From contig CAWEDJ010000069.1 in assembly GCA_963807635.1 (NCBI GenBank), positions 1-64,000 on the forward strand: 64,000 nt of DNA, given 5' to 3'. This document shows, in pieces, positions 31,203 to 40,935 of this stretch (the stretch's first letter is position 1; the number at the start of each line of letters is the position of its first letter). The notes under the pieces were generated by a model. The model worked only from the letters and a program-made list of their open reading frames with translations. It searched no databases and was not told where the DNA came from. The position numbers and the translations under genes are program-made. Source of the stretch: an uncultured cyanobacterium. GTDB lineage: Bacteria; Cyanobacteriota; Cyanobacteriia; Cyanobacteriales; Microcystaceae.

Positions 31203-32000
31203 TTAAATTTGTTCGCATAAAATCAATAATTTTTCTAATCTTTCAGCTAAAGAAATTAATTCAGACCAGGAAGATCCGCCGACTAAATCCTGGGCATGGG
31301 CGAGTTTATTGCGTAATTTTTCGGCATTTTTTAGAAATTTTTCCCCTGAACTTTTTGATTTTAATGCTAATTTTGCGATTAGTTCAAGATTGTGTAAAAT
31401 CAAATCCCGTTTATCACAAAATTGTAAATAATCTAATAGATCGGTTGCTTCGTTGCGATCGCGGCTTTCTTGTAATAATTTATGGGCAGCTTTTAAACGT
31501 TCTTCGGTTAAAATATTAGATACAGAATCGGGGGAATAATAAAGACGAATAATGCGTAATAGGTTCATCTCTAAAAGGGTCACTAAACTAAATAGAAGCA
31601 TCCTGACAGGGGATTTTTGTAAATCTCCTTGGGTAACAATTCCCGTGACAGAGTTGCAATCTAAGATAAATAGACGAGTTTTATTTTGTAATAAGGGAAG
31701 AAGTTTAATCAGAGGGGTAGAAATGGCAATTAAATCCTGGGGAAGAAAGGCTTTTTCATGATTTTTACATTTTCCTGAACTTTGAGCGTTTAAACTATTT
31801 TTTTCTAAATAACCCGTCACGATTCCCTCGGTTTCAATCCCCACCACATCAAAATCCTGTTCCTGCATCCATCCAAATATTTCTTGAATAGATAGGTTTG
31901 CATTAACGGTTTTTAAGGGTTCAGCTACATATTCAATAGTGATACTATTTTCAAATAAACTGCGGAGGTCTTGCGATCGTGACTTCAATTGTTTCATCAA
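31203..32000 (-). CDS. CBS-pair + putative Swt1-like HEPN domain protein
   Basis: Two CBS-like units (ending GIVTGYL and GIVTQGDL), then LLEMNL and an R-x4-H motif (RNKLAH). Confidence 0.6.
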   Translation of the reverse strand: MMKQLKSRSQDLRSLFENSITIEYVAEPLKTVNANLSIQEIFGWMQEQDFDVVGIETEGIVTGYLEKNSLNAQSSGKCKNHEKAFLPQDLIAISTPLIKLLPLLQNKTRLFILDCNSVTGIVTQGDLQKSPVRMLLFSLVTLLEMNLLRIIRLYYSPDSVSNILTEERLKAAHKLLQESRDRNEATDLLDYLQFCDKRDLILHNLELIAKLALKSKSSGEKFLKNAEKLRNKLAHAQDLVGGSSWSELISLAERLEKLLILCEQI

Positions 32001-32206
32001 ACTGCAAAGAGCTATTTTTGTGATTAAAATGATTTAGAAAAACGAGGTTTTCTTTTGGTTTAGTCTATTCATTATTCTGAAGTATTCCTAAACTAATTTA
32101 TTTTTTCAGGGATGGCTTGTGAATAATTGTTGCAAAAATAGAGGACAATACACGTAACCTAATAAAACAGCCTATTTTAAAATTTATTCAGCAATCAGGA
32201 GATAGT

Positions 32207-33682
32207 ATGTATATTGTTCAAATTGCCTCGGAATGCGCTCCTGCGATTAAAGCGGGTGGTCTGGGAGATGTGGTTTATGGGCTGAGTCGGGAATTACAGC
32301 TTCGCGGTCATTGCGTTGAACTAATTTTGCCCATGTACGATTGTATGCGCTACGACCATATTTGGGGACTCCATGAAGCCTATCGGGATCTCTTTGTGCC
32401 TTGGAATGGGCAGGCGGTTCATTGTGCAGTTTTTTGTGGCTGGGTGCATGGTAGCCTGTGTTTCTTTATTCGTCCCCATTCTGCTGAAAATTATTTTGAT
32501 CGCGGACATTATTATGGTGCGAGGGATGATGATATGCGCTTTGCTTTTTTTAGCAAGGCAGCGATCGAGTTTTTACACATTAGCAATAAACACCCCGATG
32601 TGATCCATTGTCACGATTGGCAAACAGGTTTAATTCCCGTGATGTTATTTGAAATCTATAAACATCATGGTATGGGAACACCACGAGTTTGTTATACCAT
32701 TCATAATTTTAAACATCAAGGAATTTCGGGTATCCATGCCCTGCGAGGAACGGGTTTAAATAACGAATCCTATTATTATCAACAGGATAAATTACAAGAC
32801 AATTTTAATCACGGCGCGATTAATTTTATGAAAGGGGGAATTGTTTATTCTAATTTTGTGAATACGGTTTCGCCCCACCATGCCTGGGAAGCCCGTTTTA
32901 CCGATATTAGCTATGGCTTAAGCAGTACCCTAGAAATCCATCAAAACAAGTTTGGGGGAGTGCTGAATGGGATTGATTACGAAGTTTGGAATCCTATGCT
33001 GGATAAAGCGATCGCCCATCCCTACGACATAGATACCTTTGATGAAAAAGCGAAAAATAAAAAGGATTTACAGGAAAAATTAGGTCTAGAAGTTTCCGAT
33101 AAACCGTTGGTTTGTTTTATTGGTCGTTTGGATGAACAAAAGGGCGTTCCCCTGGTTCACCATTCCATGTATTATTCCCTCGAAAAAGGCTGTCAATTTG
33201 TCCTATTAGGGTCAGCGACAGAACAAAGACTCAATCTTAAATTCTGGCATGAAAAAAATTATTTAGCGAGTAATAAAAATATTCATCTGGAACTCGGTTT
33301 TAATGAGGAGTTAGCCCATTTAATCTATGCCGCCGCCGATATTATTGTCGTTCCCAGTAATTATGAACCCTGCGGTTTAACGCAAATGATCGGTCTGCGC
33401 TATGGAACAGTTCCCGTTGTGCGAGCGGTGGGGGGACTCGTGAATACGGTGTTTGACTGGGATTACGATTCAGAACATTTACCCGAAGAACGTAATGGTT
33501 TTGTCTTTAATGATCCCAATGAATTAGGGTTAGAATCCGCGTTAGGGCGGGCGATCGATCTCTATGAAAAAAGTCCCAAGCTATTCCGTCAACTTGCCTT
33601 GCAGGGCATGAATTATGATTATTCTTGGAATCATCCAGGGGAACAATATCTGGGGATTTATGACTATATTCGGTACAAATAA
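32207..33682 (+). CDS. glgA: Glycogen synthase
   Basis: KAGGLGDV, HCHDWQT, RLDEQKG, EPCGLTQ. Confidence 0.96.
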   Translation: MYIVQIASECAPAIKAGGLGDVVYGLSRELQLRGHCVELILPMYDCMRYDHIWGLHEAYRDLFVPWNGQAVHCAVFCGWVHGSLCFFIRPHSAENYFDRGHYYGARDDDMRFAFFSKAAIEFLHISNKHPDVIHCHDWQTGLIPVMLFEIYKHHGMGTPRVCYTIHNFKHQGISGIHALRGTGLNNESYYYQQDKLQDNFNHGAINFMKGGIVYSNFVNTVSPHHAWEARFTDISYGLSSTLEIHQNKFGGVLNGIDYEVWNPMLDKAIAHPYDIDTFDEKAKNKKDLQEKLGLEVSDKPLVCFIGRLDEQKGVPLVHHSMYYSLEKGCQFVLLGSATEQRLNLKFWHEKNYLASNKNIHLELGFNEELAHLIYAAADIIVVPSNYEPCGLTQMIGLRYGTVPVVRAVGGLVNTVFDWDYDSEHLPEERNGFVFNDPNELGLESALGRAIDLYEKSPKLFRQLALQGMNYDYSWNHPGEQYLGIYDYIRYK

Positions 33683-34642
33683 TTGCAGGTGAAAGATTCA
33701 ATTTTGGAGAATGTTATTGAATTACAAGTTGAACAGGGAACGGAACGGTTAGACCGATGGTTGTCTTCCCAGTTGGCGGATTTGTCGCGATCGCGTTTAC
33801 AAAAACTAATTGATCAGGGACAAGTTCAAATTAATGGCCAGGTCTGTGGGGAAAAACAACACAAAATTCAACAGGGCGATCGCGTGGTTGTGACCATTCC
33901 TGTTGTGCAACCGTTGCTCGTGGAAGCCGAAAATATTCCCTTGGATATTCTCTATGAAGATAGTTCCCTGATTATTCTCAATAAACCTGCGGGGATGGTG
34001 GTGCATCCTTCCCCTGGTCATGGGTCTGGTACGCTTGTTAACGCACTGTTCGCCCACTGTCCTGATTTAACGGGCATTGGGGGAGTCGAACGGCCAGGCA
34101 TCGTCCATCGTTTAGATAAAGACACAACAGGCGCGATCGTGGTAGCCAAAACCGATCAAGCATTCCAACATTTACAAGCCCAACTGAAAGCGAAAACTGC
34201 CCAACGGGTCTATTGGGGCATTGTTTACGGCACGCCCAAAACTGAAACGGGAACCGTAGATTTACTGATTGGTCGTTGTCCCTACGATCGCCAAAGAATG
34301 GCCATTATCTCGGTTGAAAAAGGGGGACGAGAAGCCGTTACCCATTGGCAAATTTTAGAAAGAATGGGAAATTATACCCTCATGGAATTTCGTCTAGAAA
34401 CGGGGCGTACTCACCAAATTCGGGTTCACAGTAAGCAATTAGGACTGCCGATTGTGGGTGATCCCGTCTATAGTTCAGCCCATTCCTTGGGAGTCAATTT
34501 ATCGGGTCAAGCTCTCCATGCCCATCAATTAAGCTTGATTCATCCTGTAACGGGGGAAATGATTTCCCGCGATCGCGCCTTACCTGAGAATTTTGAAAAA
34601 CTGCTGATGATTTTGCAGAAAAGAAAGAATGCGTGTTTTTAA
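33683..34642 (+). CDS. rluD: RluA/RluD-family pseudouridine synthase
   Basis: S4 domain, NKPAGMVVHP, HRLDKDTTG, GRTHQIRVH. Confidence 0.88.
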   Translation: MQVKDSILENVIELQVEQGTERLDRWLSSQLADLSRSRLQKLIDQGQVQINGQVCGEKQHKIQQGDRVVVTIPVVQPLLVEAENIPLDILYEDSSLIILNKPAGMVVHPSPGHGSGTLVNALFAHCPDLTGIGGVERPGIVHRLDKDTTGAIVVAKTDQAFQHLQAQLKAKTAQRVYWGIVYGTPKTETGTVDLLIGRCPYDRQRMAIISVEKGGREAVTHWQILERMGNYTLMEFRLETGRTHQIRVHSKQLGLPIVGDPVYSSAHSLGVNLSGQALHAHQLSLIHPVTGEMISRDRALPENFEKLLMILQKRKNACF

Positions 34643-34767
34643 ATTTTCCCCATGTACCTCCGTATTATTACTGAAGTAGTGGAGCTTTTTAGAAAATATT
34701 AAGTATTATCTGGCAAATTGCCTCAAGTACGGTTAGAATTGTGTAGAAACATTAAGTCCCATCATCC

Positions 34768-37659
34768 ATGCCCGACCTCAATACTATCCGCATCCGAGGA
34801 GCCAGACAGCACAATTTAAAAAACGTCGATTTAGACCTGCCCCGCGATCGCATCATTGTCTTCACGGGCGTATCGGGATCGGGAAAATCTTCCTTGGCCT
34901 TTTGATACCATTTTTGCGGAAGGACAACGGCGGTATGTGGAATCCTTGAGTTCCTACGCACGGCAATTTTTAGGGCAACTCGATAAACCCGATGTAGATG
35001 CGATCGAAGGTTTGAGTCCCGCTATTTCCATTGACCAAAAATCCACTTCCCACAATCCCCGCTCTACGGTGGGAACGGTGACGGAAATTTACGACTATTT
35101 ACGCCTACTTTTCGGACGGGCGGGAAGTCCCCATTGTCCCCACTGCGATCGCAATATTGCTCCCCAGACTATTGATGAAATGTGCGATCGGGTCATGGCA
35201 TTACCTGATAGAACAAAATTTCAGATCCTAGCTCCCGTTGTCAAAGGCAAAAAAGGAACCCATATTCAATTACTATCGAGTTTAGCTTCCCAGGGATTTG
35301 TGCGGGTCAGAATTAATGACGAAGTGAGGGAACTTTCCGATTCCATTGAATTAAAGAAAAACCAGGCTCACCACATTGAAATTGTCATTGATCGTTTAAT
35401 CAAAAAACCAGGATTAGAAGAACGATTAACCGATTCCCTTAGCACTTGTTTAAAACAGGCAGAAGGGACAGCTATTATTGAAATCTTGAGTGATTTAGAA
35501 GAAAATATAACCCCAGAGTCCGACGAAAAAAACGCCTTTTTTGATCAGCCTGAAAGCAAAGAAATTGTCTTTTCTGAAAACTTTGCCTGTCCCGAACATG
35601 GGGGCGTGATGGATGAATTGTCCCCCCGTCTTTTTTCCTTTAATTCTCCCTACGGAGCCTGTCCCCAGTGTCACGGTTTAGGCAATTCTCGCACCTTTTC
35701 CGCCGATTTAGTAGTTCCCGATCCGTCCCAACCCCTCTATTCTGCGATCGCGCCTTGGTCAGAAAAAGATAATTCCTATTACTTATCGCTCTTGCATGGA
35801 TTAGGACAAGCCTTTGACTTTAATATTCATACTCCTTGGCAAAAATTAACCCCTGAACAAAAACATATTTTGCTCTACGGAAGCGAAGAACCTATTTGGT
35901 TTGAAGAAGATTCTCGCTATCAACAAACAAAAGGCTATTTTCGCAATTTTGCAGGCGTTTTAAATATCCTAGACCGCAACTATCAAGACACGACTTCCGA
36001 CGTTATTAAACAAAAACTCGAAAAATATATTGTCCATCAACCCTGTGAAACCTGCCAAGCTAAACGCTTGAAACCCGAAGCCTGGCCGTTCGTTTAGGAC
36101 AGTATAGAATCAGTGACTTGACGGGGGTTTCTATTCGCGAAACCATCGAACGAATTAATCAGTTAGAGTTGACTAACCGCCAGGCTCTGATTGGAGAATT
36201 GGCACTCAAGGAAATTAAATCCAGATTGCAATTTCTGATGGATGTAGGGCTAGATTATCTGACCCTAGACCGTGCCGCCATGACCCTTTCAGGAGGAGAA
36301 GCGCAACGCATTCGACTGGCAACCCAAATTGGTTCGGGGTTAACGGGGGTTTTGTATGTCTTGGATGAACCCAGTATTGGTTTGCATCAACGGGATAACG
36401 GGCGGTTACTCGAAACCCTCAAAAGATTACGGGATTTAGGTAATACGCTGATTGTGGTCGAGCATGATGAAGATACTATTCGCATGGCGGATCATTTAGT
36501 CGATATTGGCCCGAAAGCAGGGGTTCATGGGGGAGAAATTGTTTGTCAAGGCGATCTAAAAACCCTCCTGAAAAGTAAACGATCGCTGACAGGAGCCTAT
36601 TTATCAGGTAGAGAAGCGATCGCCACTCCTGCAACCCGTCGGCATGGTAACGGTTTATCCTTGCAACTCAAGAATTGCCATCAAAATAATTTACAAAATA
36701 TTGATGTCGAGATTCCCCTCGGTCAATTAGTCTCAATTACGGGGGTTTCTGGCTCAGGTAAATCGACCCTGATTAACGAGTTACTCTATCCCGCTCTCCA
36801 ACACCATTTAACCCGTCTCATTCCGTTACCTAAAAATTTAGGAGAAATTAAAGGTCTAGAGGCGATCGATAAGGTGATTGTCATCGATCAATCTCCCATT
36901 GGCCGCACACCTCGATCTAATCCTGCGACTTATACGGGTATTTTTGACTCTATTCGGGAAATTTTTACCCAAACCATCGAAGCCAAAGCTAGGGGATATA
37001 AAGCAGGACAATTTTCCTTTAATGTCAAGGGCGGACGCTGTGAAGCCTGTCTCGGTCAAGGAGTGAACGTGATCGAGATGAACTTTTTGCCCGATGTTTA
37101 TGTGCAGTGCGATGTCTGCAAAGGAGCCAGATATAACCGTGAAACCTTGCAGGTGAAATACAAAGGTTTGTCGATCGCCGATGTGCTGGGATTAACGGCA
37201 GAAGAAGCTTTGGAAATTTTTGAAAATATTCCCCGTGCCTTTACTCGTTTACAAACTCTGGTTGATGTGGGTTTAGGTTATGTGAGATTGGGCCAACCTG
37301 CTCCCACTTTATCAGGAGGGGAAGCCCAACGGGTGAAATTAGCCAGTGAATTGTCTCGGAGGGCAACGGGAAAAACCCTGTATCTGATTGATGAACCGAC
37401 AACGGGTTTATCGTTTTATGATGTCCACCATTTACTCAATATTTTGCAACGCCTGGTCGATAAAGGGAATTCGATTCTCGTTATTGAACACAATTTAGAT
37501 GTGATTCGCTGTAGTGATTGGGTGATTGATCTGGGGCCTGAAGGCGGCGATCGCGGGGGAGAACTGATGGCGATCGGCACTCCTGAAACGGTGGCCCAAA
37601 ATCCGAAATCCTATACGGGAAAATATTTAGCTGAAATTTTAAAGCAACATCCAGCTTAA
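34768..37659 (+). CDS. uvrA: Excinuclease ABC subunit A (frameshifts near 34900 and 36083)
   Basis: [11 protein letters not shown], two GVSGSGKS Walker A motifs, two LSGGEAQR signatures, zinc fingers. Confidence 0.97.
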
Positions 37660-37691
37660 TTAGCGAGTAAACTGACCATACATTTTCGCTC

Positions 37692-37742
37692 GATCCCCCC
37701 TGCCCCCCTTGATAAGGGGGGTGTCCGTAGGACGGGGGGATC
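37692..37742. repeat. Small dispersed palindromic repeat
   Basis: gatcccccctgccccccttgataaggggggtgtccgtaggacggggggatc. Confidence 0.75.
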
Positions 37743-37921
37743 TTATAAATTTTAAGACCCATCTACTCAGAGTACCCGTTAGTCAAAACACCTTCACATT
37801 TTGACCGTTACAACAAGACCAAAACAGAGTACGATAGATAGGCTATGGGTAAAATAGCCCTAGCTTTAACCCATTGAGTCCTTGACTCGCATATTCTTTA
37901 TAGGAGGTTTAAAACTCAAGA

Positions 37922-38104
37922 ATGACTCAAGTTGTCGTCGGTCAAAATGAACCCATTGAATCAGCCCTACGTCGCTTTAAGCGTCAAGTTGCCAAAGCAG
38001 GCATCTATACAGATTTCAAAAAGCATCAGTTCTTTGAAACTCCCCAGGAAAAGCATAAACGGAAAGAAGCAACGCGCAGAAGACAGCGTTCCCGTCGTCG
38101 TTAA
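37922..38104 (+). CDS. rpsU: 30S ribosomal protein S21
   Basis: [28 protein letters not shown]; strong RBS aggagg. Confidence 0.96.
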   Translation: MTQVVVGQNEPIESALRRFKRQVAKAGIYTDFKKHQFFETPQEKHKRKEATRRRQRSRRR

Positions 38105-38132
38105 ACGCAACGAATTATTGTCTTGTCGGATT

Positions 38133-38167
38133 AACCCTTCTCACTGTGAGAGGGGTTTGCTTTTTTA
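38133..38167 (+). terminator. Intrinsic terminator after rpsU
   Basis: aacccttctcactgtgagaggggtt hairpin followed by a T-run. Confidence 0.7.
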
Positions 38168-38273
38168 TCGCAATAACGACATCGAATTTCTTGAGGCAAG
38201 GGGCTTAAGCCCCTTGTTAACGTGTTTAACATTATGGCGATATATCTTGACTTTTAGAAAAATAGCCCTATTT

Positions 38274-39475
38274 TCAAAGCTTTTGTTCTTTAAATATGGT
38301 TTTCCACTGGTTTTGTCTCTCCTCTGGGGATTCTTTGCCCAAATTCCAGAGACTTTCATAAAAGAAAAAAGAAACCCCTGCAAATTTTTCAGATCGCACA
38401 AAATTAACTTGTTCTTGGATTTGGGTCATGGGTAGGGGACGATTTTTCAGTCCTGATAAAATGCCGATCGCGACGGGAATCTTTTGTTTCGTGGTTTGGA
38501 CTTCGGGTTTTTGTAATTCTCGCTGAAAATCGCTGAGTTGATTGCGATAGACTTGCAAAACTAATTGATCGATTAATCCCTGTTGTTGCCAGCTTTGCCA
38601 ATCCATTAGAAAACAATTTTTAGAAAATCCTTGGGGATTAGGGGAAACGGAGACTAAAATCTGGGGTTTAACCGCTTTGATTTGTTGGGATAACTTGGCC
38701 ATATATTCCGTGATTTTCTGCGATCGCCAATCGACCCAGGCTTGCCATTCAGGATCATTGACCACACAATCCTCGACGGGTTTTAATACGGTTGGATTCG
38801 GCGGTAATTTTCCCGAATGTTCCCCTTGATAAAGCTTGAGCGTCAGGGGATCATAACCAAAATCGGCAGGATAACCAAAATGATCATCAAACTGAATGCC
38901 GTCAATATCGTACTGATTAACGATTTCGAGGACTAAATCACTAATAAATTGCTGGACTGCTGGATTGAGAGGATTGAGCCAGACCCGTTCATGGGTTTTA
39001 CCTTCTAACCAAACCGTTTCCCCATCAGGCTTTTGGGTCAACCAATCGGGATGATTTTTTGCCAAAATTGAATCAACAGGAGCCATAAACCCAAATTCAA
39101 ACCAGGGAATGACGGCCATTTTTTCCCGATGTCCTTGCTTTACGATTTCCTGCAATAGATCCCTATTTTGTAAACCTTCGCTGGGATCGACCAGTTTTCC
39201 TGTGTGCAACTCGGCAATCTGACTGGGATAGAGGGTATGTCCCCAATTCCAAACAGTGGGATAAAGGCTATTAAATTTGAGCTTGCGAAATCGGCGATCG
39301 CGTTTTCGGTTTGTTCGGCCTTGAATAATACGTCACTGTCGATATTGGTTAACCAGACTCCTCGTATTTCCCCCAAGCTTGAATTTTCGCTCAAGGAAGG
39401 GCGAATTGTCAGGGTCACAAATAGAACACAGATACCCAAGATGACTAAAAACAGCGATCGCTTCATTCGATTCAT
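38274..39475 (-). CDS. Glycoside hydrolase-like family 10 (DUF187) protein (frameshift near 39285)
   Basis: EIRGVWLTN, IPWFEFG, WLNP..P.VQ, YDIDGIQFDDHF. Confidence 0.87.
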
Positions 39476-39588
39476 CTTTTTTAATACTTAATAACTGAAC
39501 AATGGCCAAGACTGCTCTTTGGCGATCGCTAAAACGACATGATACCATGATAGACATATCAAGATAATTAGTAATCCCTCCAAAAACC

Positions 39589-40716
39589 ATGCAGACTGTT
39601 GATACCCAACCCGCACCAATTAGCACCATAGACGCACCGAAACAGGGTTTACCCGTAACGATTATTACAGGATTTTTAGGCAGTGGTAAAACGACGTTAT
39701 TAAATCATATTTTAACTAACCAAAAAGGCTTAAAAGTTGCCGTTCTAGTCAATGAATTTGGCGAAATTGGTATTGATAATGAACTGATTATTACCACAGG
39801 CGAAACGATGGTAGAACTCAACAATGGTTGTGTTTGTTGTACCATTAATGATGATTTAATCCAAGCAGTTTATAATGTCTTAGAACGTCCTGAAAAAGTC
39901 GATTATCTAGTAGTAGAAACGACAGGATTAGCCGATCCCTTGCCCGTTGCCCTCACTTTTTTAGGGACAGAATTGCGGGATATGACTCGCTTAGATTCCA
40001 TTGTGACAATGGTGGATTGCGAGAATTTTAGTCTGGATTTATTTAATAGTGAAGCCGCCCAGAGTCAAATTTCCTACGGTGATATTATTGTTCTCAATAA
40101 AACCGATCTCGTCGATGAAGCCGATGTGGATGCCCTCGAAATTAGAATCCGTGATATGAAGGATTCAGCCAGAATTCTCCGTACCACAAAAGCGGAAGTT
40201 CCTCTGCCCTTGGTGTTAAGCGTGGGTTTATTCGAGTCGGATCAATATTTTAAAACGGAAGAAGTTAAGGATGAACACCATGATCACGATCACGCCCATG
40301 AGCATGATCATGAATGTACTCCCGATTGCGGCCATGATCACCATCACCATGACCACGATCATGACCACCATCACCATGACCACTCCAGTCATTTAGAAAA
40401 TGATGGCTTTACCTCTATTTCTTTTGAGAGTGATAAACCTTTTTCGATTCGTAAATTTCAACATTTCCTCGATAATCAATTACCCAGTAATGTTTTTCGC
40501 GCAAAGGGAATTCTTTGGTTTAAGGAAAGCCCTAAACGTCATATCTTCCATCTCAGTGGTAAACGCTTTAGTTTAGAAGACAGTGAATGGAAAGCTGAAC
40601 CCAAAAATCAATTGGTTTTGATCTGCGAAGATTTGGATCATGACCGTTTACGCCAACAAATCGAAAGCTGTCTGAATGCGCCTGTTGCTACTCGTGGTAA
40701 GGGTTTTGGTCGTTAG
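39589..40716 (+). CDS. CobW/COG0523-family metallochaperone GTPase
   Basis: GFLGSGKTT, NEFG, GCVCC, ETTG, NKTD, long His/Asp-rich insert. Confidence 0.93.
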   Translation: MQTVDTQPAPISTIDAPKQGLPVTIITGFLGSGKTTLLNHILTNQKGLKVAVLVNEFGEIGIDNELIITTGETMVELNNGCVCCTINDDLIQAVYNVLERPEKVDYLVVETTGLADPLPVALTFLGTELRDMTRLDSIVTMVDCENFSLDLFNSEAAQSQISYGDIIVLNKTDLVDEADVDALEIRIRDMKDSARILRTTKAEVPLPLVLSVGLFESDQYFKTEEVKDEHHDHDHAHEHDHECTPDCGHDHHHHDHDHDHHHHDHSSHLENDGFTSISFESDKPFSIRKFQHFLDNQLPSNVFRAKGILWFKESPKRHIFHLSGKRFSLEDSEWKAEPKNQLVLICEDLDHDRLRQQIESCLNAPVATRGKGFGR

Positions 40717-40935
40717 AGATTAATATTATTGTTTATTCCCCGCGATGTGGCACATTATGCTTATTGTCGGGGTTTTTTTTTGTGGTTGCGATCGCAAAAA
40801 AAGGTGTTTATTTTGAATAATTTTCTGATGAACTTTTAAGTTTGGCAAGTTTCGGTAAGAAATCGCTGATAATTGAGTGTTTAGTCCCAAGCAAAATTGT
40901 ATAATGGCACTATCAAAAAAAATGAGGTTTTGGGT

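Noticed and set aside
39548..39561. Possible Zur box upstream of the COG0523 gene (tgatagacatatca)
   Set aside because: The spacing is one base shorter than the cyanobacterial Zur palindrome as recalled; too weak to call.
40270..40392. CAY/GAY-rich repetitive tract
   Set aside because: It encodes the His/Asp-rich metal-binding insert normal for COG0523 proteins.
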